From NCBI GenBank assembly GCA_009103225.1, contig RHPI01003330.1, positions 132,472-196,471 of the forward strand: a stretch of 64,000 nucleotides of DNA, given 5' to 3'. The notes beneath the pieces are model-generated. The model saw only the letters and a list, made by a program, of their open reading frames with translations. It made no database searches and was not told the origin of the DNA. Positions 1 to 10,678 of this stretch are shown one piece after another. The position numbers were made by a program, and so were the translations under genes. Each line of letters begins with the position of its first letter. The stretch's first letter is position 1. This stretch comes from Chlorokybus atmophyticus. Its lineage: Eukaryota > Plantae > Mesostigma and Chlorokybus algae.

Positions 1-1400
1 CGCCCGAGTCCGTCTTAACACAAGGTCAGTATTTGGTGGCTGGTGTTTCACAGTCGGTGTCTACCTCGTGCGTGTTCCTGAGTGCCGTTGCAGATGCAGC
101 GCTACTGCCTGCTCCCGTAGTATCCATAATTGATAAAAACCACTGGGTCCTGGAACATCCACAAAGGCCACCATCTCGCAGTCCAGAGCGAGCGGAAGCT
201 GCGGTAGCTGCAGCCGGGTTGGCACATGCATGGCAGGTATGTCTGCATGCAATCAGCACTTGTCTGGCTGGATGACGGCAGTGCACACGTGTCTCATTGC
301 TGAACGAGGTCCACCCTATGTATTGTTTGTTTCACGGGGTAATCACAGTGTCCATATGGCAGTCGTTGGAGATTGTCAGTGGTGGGCGAATGCCAGGTGT
401 CAGTGCCAGCCCTCCTGGGAGTTTCAGTCACGAGTTCTGCAGGTACAGCTTCAAACATTTGGAGCGGTTTTGGTTTTCGTTGCTCCTGCATGGTGTGTTG
501 GTGTCCCCACCCTGCTCAACATTGCCAGCAACTAGCACCTTGTGCTGGTCGCCGGCTTATTGACGCTAACAGGGTCAGCACTGTTATGCCTTACGATGAG
601 CTCTGCTGACAACACGTGCTTGCTATGGTTAGCTACCTGCATCAGCAGATACAGTCATATGCACAGATTCCTGACTGAGCGAGTGGCAAGCCCGGGAGCT
701 AGTCGCCGGCGGCGGCAAAGCCGATCTGGGCGGGAGTCCCCAGGTCCTGTTGTGCAGCACTTTGTGCGCATAGTTGTTGTGCCGCCCTCCGTGGAAGGTC
801 CCTTGCAGGGTCTTTGGAGGGTACGTTGAGCCGCTGTGCAGTCAGTCACTCTTTATGAAGTCGCAGCAGAAAATTACTACAGCCCACCCCTTGTAGTAGC
901 CATACATGCCAAGCTATGAGATAACATGCAGCTCATGTGACCTGGGTTGTTTGCTGATGAAAGGTGCTGTGCAGGGTGTGTATGGCAGACATGGCTTGCA
1001 AGTTGTATCGATCAAGTATAATCCAGATGGCCGCATTATATGTACAAAGGTCACCGGTGATGCCATTGTGCCTGCTGGGGAGATCAGTTGGCATGCATCG
1101 CCCTCGGCATGTGACTGTTTTGCAGATTTCGAAGATGAGGTGGTGGACTCGCAGCACATCGCGGCATACAATGGTGAAACAACAGTCGAAAGAGAAATAC
1201 GCAGCTGTCACACAGCACAGGGTCAAGTGCATGCGGCTCGCTCGGTTGCTAAAGCACAATGGACATCCGGTCGACTGTGGGAATTCAGGGATGGCGGCAT
1301 AGCTTTTGCCTTCCTGGGTGATTCTAACTTGATTGTGGAGTATCGCAAGCTGGAGCTGAACTGTGCAGAGTTTGAAGCGCCATCGCACAGCCTTCTTTGA
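1..1400 (+). CDS. DUF3506 / cyclin-D1-binding-domain protein (FBXO31/EXECUTER C-terminal-like), spliced, 5' partial
   Basis: The exon ending ...EGPLQGLWR (GT donor ~822) joins in phase 0 to the exon starting at 975, GVYGRHGLQVVSIKY...TKVTGDAIVPAGEISW...GQVHAA...WTSGRLW. This matches the G-x-Y-G-x-H-G and K-x-T-G-D-x-x-V-P-A-G motifs of the domain. Stop at 1400. Upstream exons are only partly resolved. Confidence 0.7.
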
Positions 1401-2139
1401 TACCAGCCTCTTTCCTTCATATTGAGTAAGACTACGAGTATGCCCTTCTGCACACGTGTTGCATCTTGTGTTTAGATCCATTACCGTTGCTCGGCACTGG
1501 ATAGAACTGCGGGACTCGAGAATGAGTATATATGCAGGCAGCAGTATAGAAAGCGGCGTTTAGTTGCCTTAAATAAGTCATAGATGTCCTAGCAGTCGTC
1601 ATGGTGTTTGAAATCTATCTTATATCTATATTCATGATTGTAGCGGGTTGGCTGCTAGAGAGGCTTACAAATCGTCTAGTACATAATAAAACAGATTGAT
1701 TGAGCTCACGACTAGGTGACTAGACAGACTATCACAAACATGACACACAAGAGTTGCATAAAGCAAAACTCCGTAGTACAGGCAAGTAGCATACAATTGT
1801 GCAACGAGTCTAGGAAGCAAACCAACGCACAAGATTAAGTGGGGGCCAAGACAGAGTGACAAGCTAGGTAGCAACCGCACAAATTACAAGCTCCATTAGA
1901 CCCTCAAGGCAGCAGCAACACATGAGAACGGTATGCGCATGTTACAATGTGGGTTGTATTGATTAACACATAGCAGACACAAAGGATGCGCTTGCTACAA
2001 ATGCAGCCACATGAATCACATCAATCACACAAGAGTTGCATCAAGCAAACTCCCATGTTCTGTGCAAGCATGCAAGCACGACCTCTTTAAATATGAAGCA
2101 TACATGGGGTCAAACACAGAGCTTACAACCTAACCAACA

Positions 2140-2560
2140 ATAGACATGACACCGCGCTCTAAACCTTCGGAACAGACCTTAACACTTGAGACCCTCGCAC
2201 AGCAACGGCACTGCGACAGGGAGTGCGGCGTGCTGTGCATATGCATGCTGCGCACCGATGGGCGCAAACCCTAACGCGTTGAGCAGGGACGACGCTGTCG
2301 TGGGTGGCGGCGGTGATGTGGGCGGAGGAGGGGGAGTCCGTTGAGTCAGCTGACGCTGCTGCTGCTGCCTGCTGGATGATGGAGCCGCTAACCAACAGCC
2401 GTGGTGCAGGTGATGCGCGTGCATGCATGCTTGTCTAACGGGGTTTGGGCTAGTAGTGAAGTTGGGTAGGTAGTAAGTAGGAAGAGCACCCGGTGGTGAA
2501 TGTAAGTGTTGTGTGCTGTTGTGTGTGGTGTGCAATGCAGGCCTCACATTGTGATACATG
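2140..2560 (-). repeat. Dispersed repeat family 'X', uninterrupted copy
   Basis: The minus strand reads ACCACCGGG, a CTAC-rich tract, CCCCGTTAGACAAGCATGCA, ACCTGCACCA, GGACTCCCCCTCCTCC, then GCGTTAGGGTTTGCGCCCATCGGTGCGCAGCATGCA. The same blocks occur in the same order at 3880-4085 plus 6177-6400 on the plus strand. Confidence 0.6.
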
Positions 2561-3879
2561 CCACAATCTCTGCATCCTATATATTGTACAGCAACGTTGT
2601 GCAGGGTAGAGGATCAGCAGTGGCAAGGCAAAAATTGTCAACCTGCAGCACACATGGGGTAAACATGAGGAGTGCTATTGCAAGATGTGATTTACGTCGG
2701 CTAAAGCCCTATGCAGATCGCACCAAAAGCTAGCTAAGACACGAGTTTAGGATTCGTGTCATGACTACGCAAGGTGTCATTTATGTCAGCTACAGCCCTA
2801 AGCGAAAGCACCAAAAGTTAGTTGAGACACAAGTCTAGAATTCGTGTCACAATCATGCACCTCACCTAGCAGTATCGCCATCGAGCAAGAATCGAATGTG
2901 CCATTGCATCATTTCAATATATGCTGAGCAGCAGCAGAATAATGTGAGTTACGACCAAAGTTAAATGGATTGATTGCCTGCGGTTATAAGTGTTAGCAAG
3001 CGATATAGTATGGTTAATGAGTTACGCGCTGCACTACGCTTACTCGCAACCCTCTGAAAAAGGCATTTGGGTAGGTTGAGTCACGCACTATGCTAATTGT
3101 AAAACCGCAAGTGAATTGTGATGGTAAAATGAGGCTGGACTAAGGTACATCATGACTTGTGACCACAAGTATGTGAGCACACTCACTTCACTTATTTTGT
3201 ATTACATGATATACTTAAATGCTATACCAGTGCGTGCAAGTCACAACAGGACGATAAGTTATCAAGCATGTGACAAGCGCGAATTCTGTTGCTGTGTTAT
3301 GTCAGATAACATCATTATCAGCGGTTGATAATCCGACGCCAAAAACTTGCTCGTGCTTCAGCTATAAACGAGTAATGAGGTAAAATGAATTCACAAAATT
3401 TGCAACGCAACGAATTGCAAGTAAACGCAAGTAATACACAAACCCGCACAAATGATGATGCTCATTCCTTATTGTGACTATGTCATGTACATAACATAGT
3501 TGGAAGGGATGAGCATCAATGATTTACGAGCGAGTATACGAGTAACATTTACAGCGTTATCCGTTCAACGGACAAGTTGTGAGTTGCAAGTGGCAATTGC
3601 AAGCAGATTACATTAAGTCTCCCTTTTCGCAGTGCTGTGTGTGTAGGCATGGCCAACAGTTGCTAGTGCCTTGCGTAGTATTACAAAAAGAGAGAGAGAG
3701 AGAGATAGTATGCCAGATTATCCTGTTGTCAGGCGCTGCTGTGTACAATCCCTTCATCCTATGTGTTGTACTACCTATCAGAGATTTCGTTCGTACAGTA
3801 CATGAACTCATAATGTCATGCAATGAAATCCTTGTATGTGTACAGAAAATGCGAGAGGGGTATGCCCATTCGGACCACA

Positions 3880-4085
3880 CCACGCATGCAACACTCTGCA
3901 GATTACACTCACCTCGTTACTATATACGCGACCACCGGGCTACCTACTCTACTCCTACACCTACATCTACGCCCCCTGTCAGCCATGCATGCACACATTG
4001 CAATCGTGGTTACCTGCACCAGCGCCACCTGCTAGCGGCCCATTTGCACCAGCGGTCACAAGAGCAGCAGGACTTGGACTCCCCC
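3880..4085 (+). repeat. Repeat X, left half of a copy split by the 4086-6176 insertion
   Basis: ACCACCGGG, CTAC-rich tract, CTGTCAGCCATGCATGC, ACCTGCACCA, GCTAGCGGC, GGACTCCCCC; homologous by eye to the reverse complement of 2335-2500. Confidence 0.6.
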
Positions 4086-5345
4086 TGTAACAATTGGGGC
4101 CCGACCACTAGGCTATGGTAGTAAAAGACACTACCATGAGTGAGGCCTGTCACAATTTATCCCAATTCGTGACATTCCTCCCCAATTTAACCCATGAGTT
4201 CCTCATAGTCCAATGAGGCACTAGCCCACGTCGCCGTGTTTTGCGACCGTACCACGATCGGTCTGCCCGCGGCCTGTTGGATCCGGCCCATGAACGGTCC
4301 TGACCGATCGAACGGCCATCCTCACCGCGCGACCTGCCATTGCAGCGCGACCGCTCACGCGGCCTTAGGTTGAACTGGCTCGGCGCGCAGGTCGTGATCC
4401 CGCGCCCAGCCTAGGGCAAGCCGCCCCAAATGTTTTTGTTTTTGCCTTGGATCTGCCTCAGTCCCCTACGGGAATTAAACCTGAGACATCAAGCGCCGTT
4501 ACCATTGTAACAATTGGGGCCCGACCACTAGGCTATGGTAGTAAAAGACACTACCATGAGTGAGGCCTGTCACAATTTATCCCAATTCGTGACATTCCTC
4601 CCCAATTTAGCCCATGAGTTCCTCATAATCCAATGAGGCACTAGCCCACGTCGCCGTGTTTTGCAACCGTACCACGATCGGTCTGCCCGCGGCCTGTTGG
4701 ATCCGGCCCATGAACGGTCCTGACCGACCGAACGGCCATCCTCACCGCGCGACCTGCCATTGCAGCGCGACCGCTCACGCGGCCTTAGGTTGAACTGGCT
4801 CGGCGCGCAGGTCGTGATCCCGCGCCCAGCCTAGGGCAAGCCGCCCCAAATGTTTTTGTTTTTGCCTTGGATCTGCCTCAGTCCCCTACGGGAATTAAAC
4901 CTGAGACATCAAGCGCCGTTACCATTGTAACAATTGGGGCCCGACCACTAGGCTATGGTAGTAAAAGACACTACCATGAGTGAGGCCTGTCACAATTTAT
5001 CCCAATTCGTGACATTCCTCCCCAATTTAGCCCATGAGTTCCTCATAATCCAATGAGGCACTAGCCCACGTCGCCGTGTTTTGCAACCGTACCACGATCG
5101 GTCTGCCCGCGGCCTGTTGGATCCGGCCCATGAACGGTCCTGACCGACCGAACGGCCATCCTCACCGCGCGACCTGCCATTGCAGCGCGACCGCTGACGC
5201 GGCCTTAGGTTGAACTGGCTCGGCGCGTGGATCGTGATCCCGCGCCCAGCCTAGGGCAAGCCGCCCCAAATGTTTTTGTTTTTGCCTGAGATCTGCCTTA
5301 GTCCCCTACGGGAATTGAACCTGAGACGTCAAGCTCCGTTACCAT
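4086..5345. repeat. Tandem repeat, 3 x 420 bp
   Basis: TGTAACAATTGGGGCCCGACC recurs at 4086, 4506 and 4926 with near-identical units; the array ends at TGTAA 5346. Confidence 0.97.
5333..5344 (-). promoter_or_regulatory. Putative primer-binding site (initiator-tRNA-like); further copies at 4493-4504 and 4913-4924
   Basis: TGGTAACGGAGC starts one base after a ...TTACA terminus; 10/12 identical to the canonical tRNA-iMet PBS TGGTATCAGAGC. Confidence 0.55.
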
Positions 5346-5429
5346 TGTAAGAGAGGAGGTGCTCCCTCCTCCCTTTAATCCCCTACCCCAACACCACCAC
5401 CAGCCACCACGCCCACGACGCCGCCGCCA

Positions 5430-6099
5430 GGGGGAACTGCCGAAGCAGAAGATCCCCTGGCTATGGCGGTCGCTGTTAGCAGCGCCGCCATGCGGCTGAT
5501 ATCGACATGAGACTCATGTCTCATGTCGATATCAGTGTTACAGATAAGTAACACTACATTAGGGCCTTAACATAAGTTAACAGCCCTAATATGGCTTAAT
5601 AGGGAACTGCCGAAGCAGAAGATCCCCTGGCTATGGCGGTCGCTGTTAGCAGCGCCGCCATGCGGCTGATATCGACATGAGACTCATGTCTCATGTCGAT
5701 ATCAGTGTTACAGATAAGTAACACTACATTAGGGCCTTAACATAAGTTAACAGCCCTACGATGGGGGAACTGCCGAAGCAGAAGATCCCCTGGCTATGGC
5801 GGTCGCTGTTAGCAGCGCCGCCATGCGGCTGATATCGACATGAGACTCATGTCTCATGTCGATATCAGTGTTACAGATAAGTAACACTACATTAGGGCCT
5901 TAACATAAGTTAACAGCCCTAATATGGGGGAACTGCCGAAGCAGAAGATCCCCTGGCTATGGCGGTCGCCGTTAGCAGCGCCGCCATGCGGCTGATATCG
6001 ACATGAGACTCATGTCTCATGTCGATATCAGTGTTACAGATAAGTAACACTACATTAGGGCCTTAACATAAGTTAACAGCCCTAATATGGCTTAATAGG
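5430..6099. repeat. Tandem repeat, 4 x 163-170 bp, each unit a chain of five hairpins
   Basis: GGGAACTGCCGAAGCAGAAGATCCCC recurs at ~5432, 5602, 5765 and 5928. Each unit contains the perfect 18-bp inverted repeat CTGATATCGACATGAGAC-tcat-GTCTCATGTCGATATCAG. Confidence 0.97.
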
Positions 6100-6176
6100 C
6101 TGTATAATCCCGTTGGGACCCTTATTTAATCCTAAACAAGGGCGGGGAACCTCCATGGAGGTAGCACACCGTTACA

Positions 6177-6400
6177 CCTCCTCCCTTCTCCCTTCCCTAC
6201 ACCCTCCCTCCTCCCGCCGTCTGGACGCTCTGCCGTCGGCCGCAGCTGCATCACTGCAGCCAGCGTTTGGGTTTGTGCCCATTGGCGCGCAGCATGCAGT
6301 CCCATGCACGGCATGCAGCACACTGCTGTCGCTGCGCTGCTGTGTGCTTGCTGTGCCACTCGAACTAGTTGTCACCTACGCACTGCCTTTCACCAATTAA
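6177..6400 (+). repeat. Repeat X, right half
   Basis: C-rich tract followed by GCGTTTGGGTTTGTGCCCATTGGCGCGCAGCATGCA, matching the reverse complement of ~2240-2285. Confidence 0.55.
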
Positions 6401-6848
6401 AACTCTCATGTTATTGGACTGCACCTGCGTCGTGCTCATGTGTAATTGTTTGGTCTTCTGCTCTGCTGGGTGTCAGCCCACATTCAAACAATCGTTAGCA
6501 GCATGTGTAGTCAAGGTTTGGATTGTTGTGGTTGTGGCGGGCTGCGCATGACGCTGCGATGTGATACTTCTCTTGCCTATGCCTTTGCACTGCAGACAAA
6601 GCAAACGCTTGTGTCGACCACAGCAACCACAGCAACAAGCACTGATTGTGGGGCGGGGGCGCGCCGGGGGGGTGGGGGGCTAGGCTAACCTGATGCAAAT
6701 GTACTCGGCATGGCTCAGTATAAGGGAGTAGGGGAGGGCAAGGGTGAGCGTAGCAGTGCCACCCGGCAGCACCGCGCAGAGAGGTGTTGGAGGCGTCCTC
6801 GCAGCCGCAAGTATGCACGTCAACTGCGACATCCAGTGCCCCCGGTAT

Positions 6849-9278
6849 CTTTTTTTTTGCCACCACACACCTTACATCAGCAGCAGGTGCATGAGTCCAT
6901 AACACAAACCATACCTAGCTACGCACGCCCAGCACCGCTCAGCATTACACAGCCACAGCACGCGCCAACTACAGAACATTCTCTAGCCACCTGAAGCAAC
7001 CAGTGCCACATCATCCTTCGACACCAACGCTCCCGTCCGCAACGCCGTCTAGGACGGGACCGCCGCCACCGCCGCCGCCCCTCGCTCCAGCAGCGCCAGG
7101 CCCTGCGCGCACTGCAACGTCCCACTACCCGCCGTAAAAACAGCGACATACCCACCGAGCCGGTGCATCAGCAGCCCACGCATGTACACCGCCTGTCTAG
7201 CAGCGGTCTTCAGCACCTCTGCAAAAGCCGCTCCCACCGCCCCATGGGTCTCCACCGCGAGCGGGTAAAACTTCTCTGCCAGTGGGTGGTTACTGTACTT
7301 GCGTCTCGTCGCATTCTCGGCGTCACGCGCTCCCGCTCTCGCCGGCACACCACACACCTTTATCGTCATGTCGAGGAGTTAACGGTGATCCCGCCCCGGC
7401 TCTGACGCCACGAAATCCACTCGGCGTCCATGCGTCTCACCCACATAAAGCATGTTTGCTCACGTGACACAACATACCCCGCCTCTCGCAAAATTCGTCT
7501 CGCAAGGCGTCGTGACTAGCCGTTCGCCCACGCCCCATCGGACTCCGCAACAAGTGCGTGCCCTGTAATATGAGCATGACACCACACACAGATTTTGCAA
7601 CATTCTCCAGGATGGGATGCGGCATTTTAGCAAACTGCAGAGGGCCGTCCTAAATCCATCGGGCGACATGCATATGGCCGGAAATATCGGGAGCGCCGAC
7701 AATCAAGCGCCCGCGCCCGTGTGCGCCGCCGACGCGCTTTGTTTTCCGCCGACGCCTCGTCCTCATAGGCGCGTACCACCTCAGCGTCGACCGTGGCACC
7801 AAGATCTTCCTAAAACGTGACCGCCGCCGTGCGCGCCAAAGCCGAAACGGAGGTAATAGTGGGCGCGCCGCCGATAGCAGCAAGTCACATGCAGCGCTCA
7901 AAGCTGACTAAAACGGCATATAGTCAGTCGCCACTTCGTCAATAGTCGACATCAAAGCCGGCGATGGTGGTTGGACGAAGCGACGTCGCATAGGGGCGGC
8001 CACCGCGGCCCATCCACCAAGAAAAGCAGCCGGCGCATACATGTACATATTGCGTAAGCCCACCCCACCAGCCGCAACCGGCAGCAAGCAGACCTGTACG
8101 GCGGTCCTCCTGCTACGTGGCTCGAAACTCGGCCAGTGGCCGAGTTTCGAGCCACGTAGTGACCCGCAGCTGAGCGCACAGCGCCCCCGTGTAGGTGTCG
8201 AACGTAGTAGCTAAGCGCGAAAGTTCTCCAAATGCGCCACTGCACGCCAAAAGCCGGCCTCACCGCCACACACTTCACCAGCAGCAACGTGGCCACTTGC
8301 ACGTCTGATAGCGCTTACAAAGTCGGCCGAATGGCCGCCGCTTCCTTCAGCTTGCGCGCATAGTGGTCATCGATAAAGGTACCTGTACCGATGGGCACAC
8401 CCAATGCCAAGATGCCATTTGTCGTGCATTGTACGTCCGCCGACACATATAGCAAATGCAGTACTGCCTGTCAGGCACGGTGCGCCGCCGATTCGTGCAA
8501 CGCCATCTTCAATCCCACGGCCGCCATCGCATCAGTCAATGCCACCAATGCCGCCGTCACATCCGTCGGTGGGCCAATCAAAAACATGGCGTCCGTATAG
8601 GCCACAGCCCGCGCCTCGCCGTGCAATGGCAACACTCTCGCCATGAGACATGTGTGAACGAGACCATACGAAAACATCGCCAGCAGTCCCCTTGCCGCGC
8701 TCCGGGTGACAACACCAGTGGCCGCGTGCCCTCAGAGGTTGTGTACCACAGGGTGGAAGGCGATGGGACATGCGGCAAATGAGGAATCTTTCAGCTCTTC
8801 AAAAATGGCCGCCCGGTCGACCGTGTTGAAGGCGTTGGCGATATCAAGTTGCATGATGACGTGATCCGCGTTGGCCTCCGATCACACCCTTAGGCTGTGC
8901 GCCATTTTTTGCTCAAGCGCGCGTGGCCACGGCATACTGCCTCAGTTAAAAAACCTCCCCCAAAACACCTCATGTGCAAGCAGAGCTAGCAACCAGTCTC
9001 TACCGGACGTCCTGAACGGCTATATGGCGGATGCCAGCCGCCTCAGACACGGCGTCTTTGCGAAGCGCCGTCCATGTCGACGCCGACAAGGCGGCCACCA
9101 CCGTTGGCGGGATGTTCTTCGTCACCATTAGGCCACGGATGCGTTGCAGCATGGCCAATGCATGCAGAGCGATAGAGTGGCGGAGAAGGGGGCGGGAGCG
9201 GGCGTAGAGTACAGCAACGCATATCACACCCGCTGTTCGTCTACACCTAGCCTCTACTCTACCTAACTGTTGCCGCAC
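6849..9278 (-). mobile_element. Degenerate 5'-truncated non-LTR retrotransposon, CRE-like (RT + restriction-like endonuclease)
   Basis: Frameshifted fragments in order on the minus strand: TALRKDA..GIRHIAVQDVR, MQLDIANAFNTVDR, GARQGD, AVAYTDAMFLIGP (decayed YxDD), VLGTPIG, HDALRDEF, VDFVA...LLDMTI...AENATRRKY...FYPLAVETHGAVG. An A9 tail lies at 6849-6857 after a TGTAA. Confidence 0.85.
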
Positions 9279-10678
9279 TTGTGCCCTCAGGTTGGTTCGT
9301 GTTGCTGCTGCTGCCTACTCTTTCACGGCTTGTATGTATTGCACATATGGCACATAGAATAAGCTAGTGTCATGGCCTCGGGTGGAATGTAAGTGTGTCG
9401 CTGTGCTGGCTGGCTGGATATGCTCTGGTAGTGCGCGTGTGTGTGTGTGCACAGACTGAGCGCATGTATGTCAAATGACTCATGCCCTATGCATAACCAT
9501 GGTCGACGTCCTGTAGGAACACATTGGTACGACCAACCTGTCAGGCAACGTGCCGTCACCAGAGCTTCGCGCAAGAGGCGTGGCTCGATCTCCACCGGCC
9601 TATCCGGGGTGTACGGACTTATTCGGGCACGGGCCGCACGGCAAGTGTTGGCTTTGGATGCAGCCGTTGCAGCGCATCGACCGTCGCCTCCGTGGGTGAC
9701 GCAGCTGCTGTCAGTGTCAGAGCGGTCGTCGCTCGGCCGAGCTGGCCGACATGCGCCAGCTAAGCGGCGCGTCGGAGGTGCCAGTCCGCCGGTCGTGTCC
9801 CTGGTGCTGCTATGGCGATGTGGTATCAGCAGTGTCCCTGCCGGTACTATTCGCTGGCCTCGCCGCCTTGTGATGTTGTTGAAATATTAGTAATAGAAAG
9901 AGAGAATTAGTGTGTTGACCTATTTGGCCTCACCGCACATGATCACACGCAGACGCACGTGCCGGGGAGGCTGCAGTCTGTGCCCTTCAAGAGGTGAATG
10001 GTAGAGCCAGCCTTTTGACAGCGTGTGAATATATAAGGGGTATGGTACGGTGGCAGCATGCATGGTGTGGACAATGCGAATGGCAGGCATCAGCACAAGC
10101 ATACACACGCTTTACACATCAAAATTAACCACCGGGCTAGTTCTATGAGCGGTGAGCTTTCGAACGCCACCTGGTACAACTCACCACATTGCACCCTTTC
10201 CGAAAGGGTTGAACAGAACCGTATTCGACACACGCAGTCAATCCCCTCCCGGTTCCTTTGTACACCTGTGACTTCACTCAGACTTGTTGCCTTTCACTCT
10301 GCTGCGCAGGATGGCGTCGCCTCGCCTTGGATCTCCTCAGCTACAGTAGCCGAATTACCGCACTGGCTGGCGATCACCGTGTTGCAGAACAGCCAGTAAG
10401 CAATTTCATCTTTTGCACTCAGAGAATTTGAGAAAGAAAGAGATGTGAAGCTGGCACAATGCAGGTTTAACTATACCAGTGCCTTTGCTATAAGCTGTGA
10501 GATACATGTGACGGAACAACAGCACCAGGCACAGAAAAATAATAGAATGTGAGCAGCGCTACGCTTGCAGTAACTGTTTGTGCAGAAGGCATTCAAGCAT
10601 GGCAATATCAGCTAACCGTGCAGTCAGCATATGGTGCACATACAGGCTGATGCAGCCAATGAATGACTGTCACCAAGT

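Larger units (their letters stand above)
4086..6176 (-). mobile_element. Non-coding LTR-type (TRIM-like) composite retroelement
   Basis: Ends TGTAAC (4086) and GTTACA (6171-6176) form a 6-bp inverted repeat. Flanks CCCCC / CCTCC are an imperfect 5-bp TSD. The minus strand has three units of PBS (TGGTAACGG[A/C]GC), internal sequence, PPT (GGGGAGGAA) and an 89-bp TG...CA LTR. No coding ORF. Confidence 0.65.

Noticed and set aside
2262-2275. Interstitial telomere
   Set aside because: Single AAACCCTAA units only (also at 53688 and 61681), with no tandem array.
4113-4137. CACTA transposon termini (ATGGTAGT-aaaagac-ACTACCAT)
   Set aside because: Only an 8-bp hairpin, one end lacks the terminal CACTA, there is no 3-bp TSD, and it lies inside the 89-bp LTR-like module.
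5296-5355. tRNA gene or tRNA-derived SINE head on the minus strand (perfect B-box GGTTCAATTCC, TGG in a D-like hairpin)
   Set aside because: The candidate cloverleaf is only about 56 nt with no proper anticodon arm, and the B-box is mutated in the other two units. TGG one base after a TTACA terminus fits a PBS better. A weak Pol III promoter cannot be excluded.
4086-6099. CRISPR array
   Set aside because: Units are near-identical over their whole 420 or 165 bp with no unique spacers, no cas genes are present, and the context is eukaryotic.
4086-6176. Hammerhead ribozyme / retrozyme
   Set aside because: No CTGANGA plus GAAA core found by eye on either strand of either repeat unit.
9440-9900. 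GC-rich ORFs (149 aa and 79 aa) next to the LINE
   Set aside because: No recognisable motifs or convincing splice structure; possibly a TE remnant, but unsupported without a database search.
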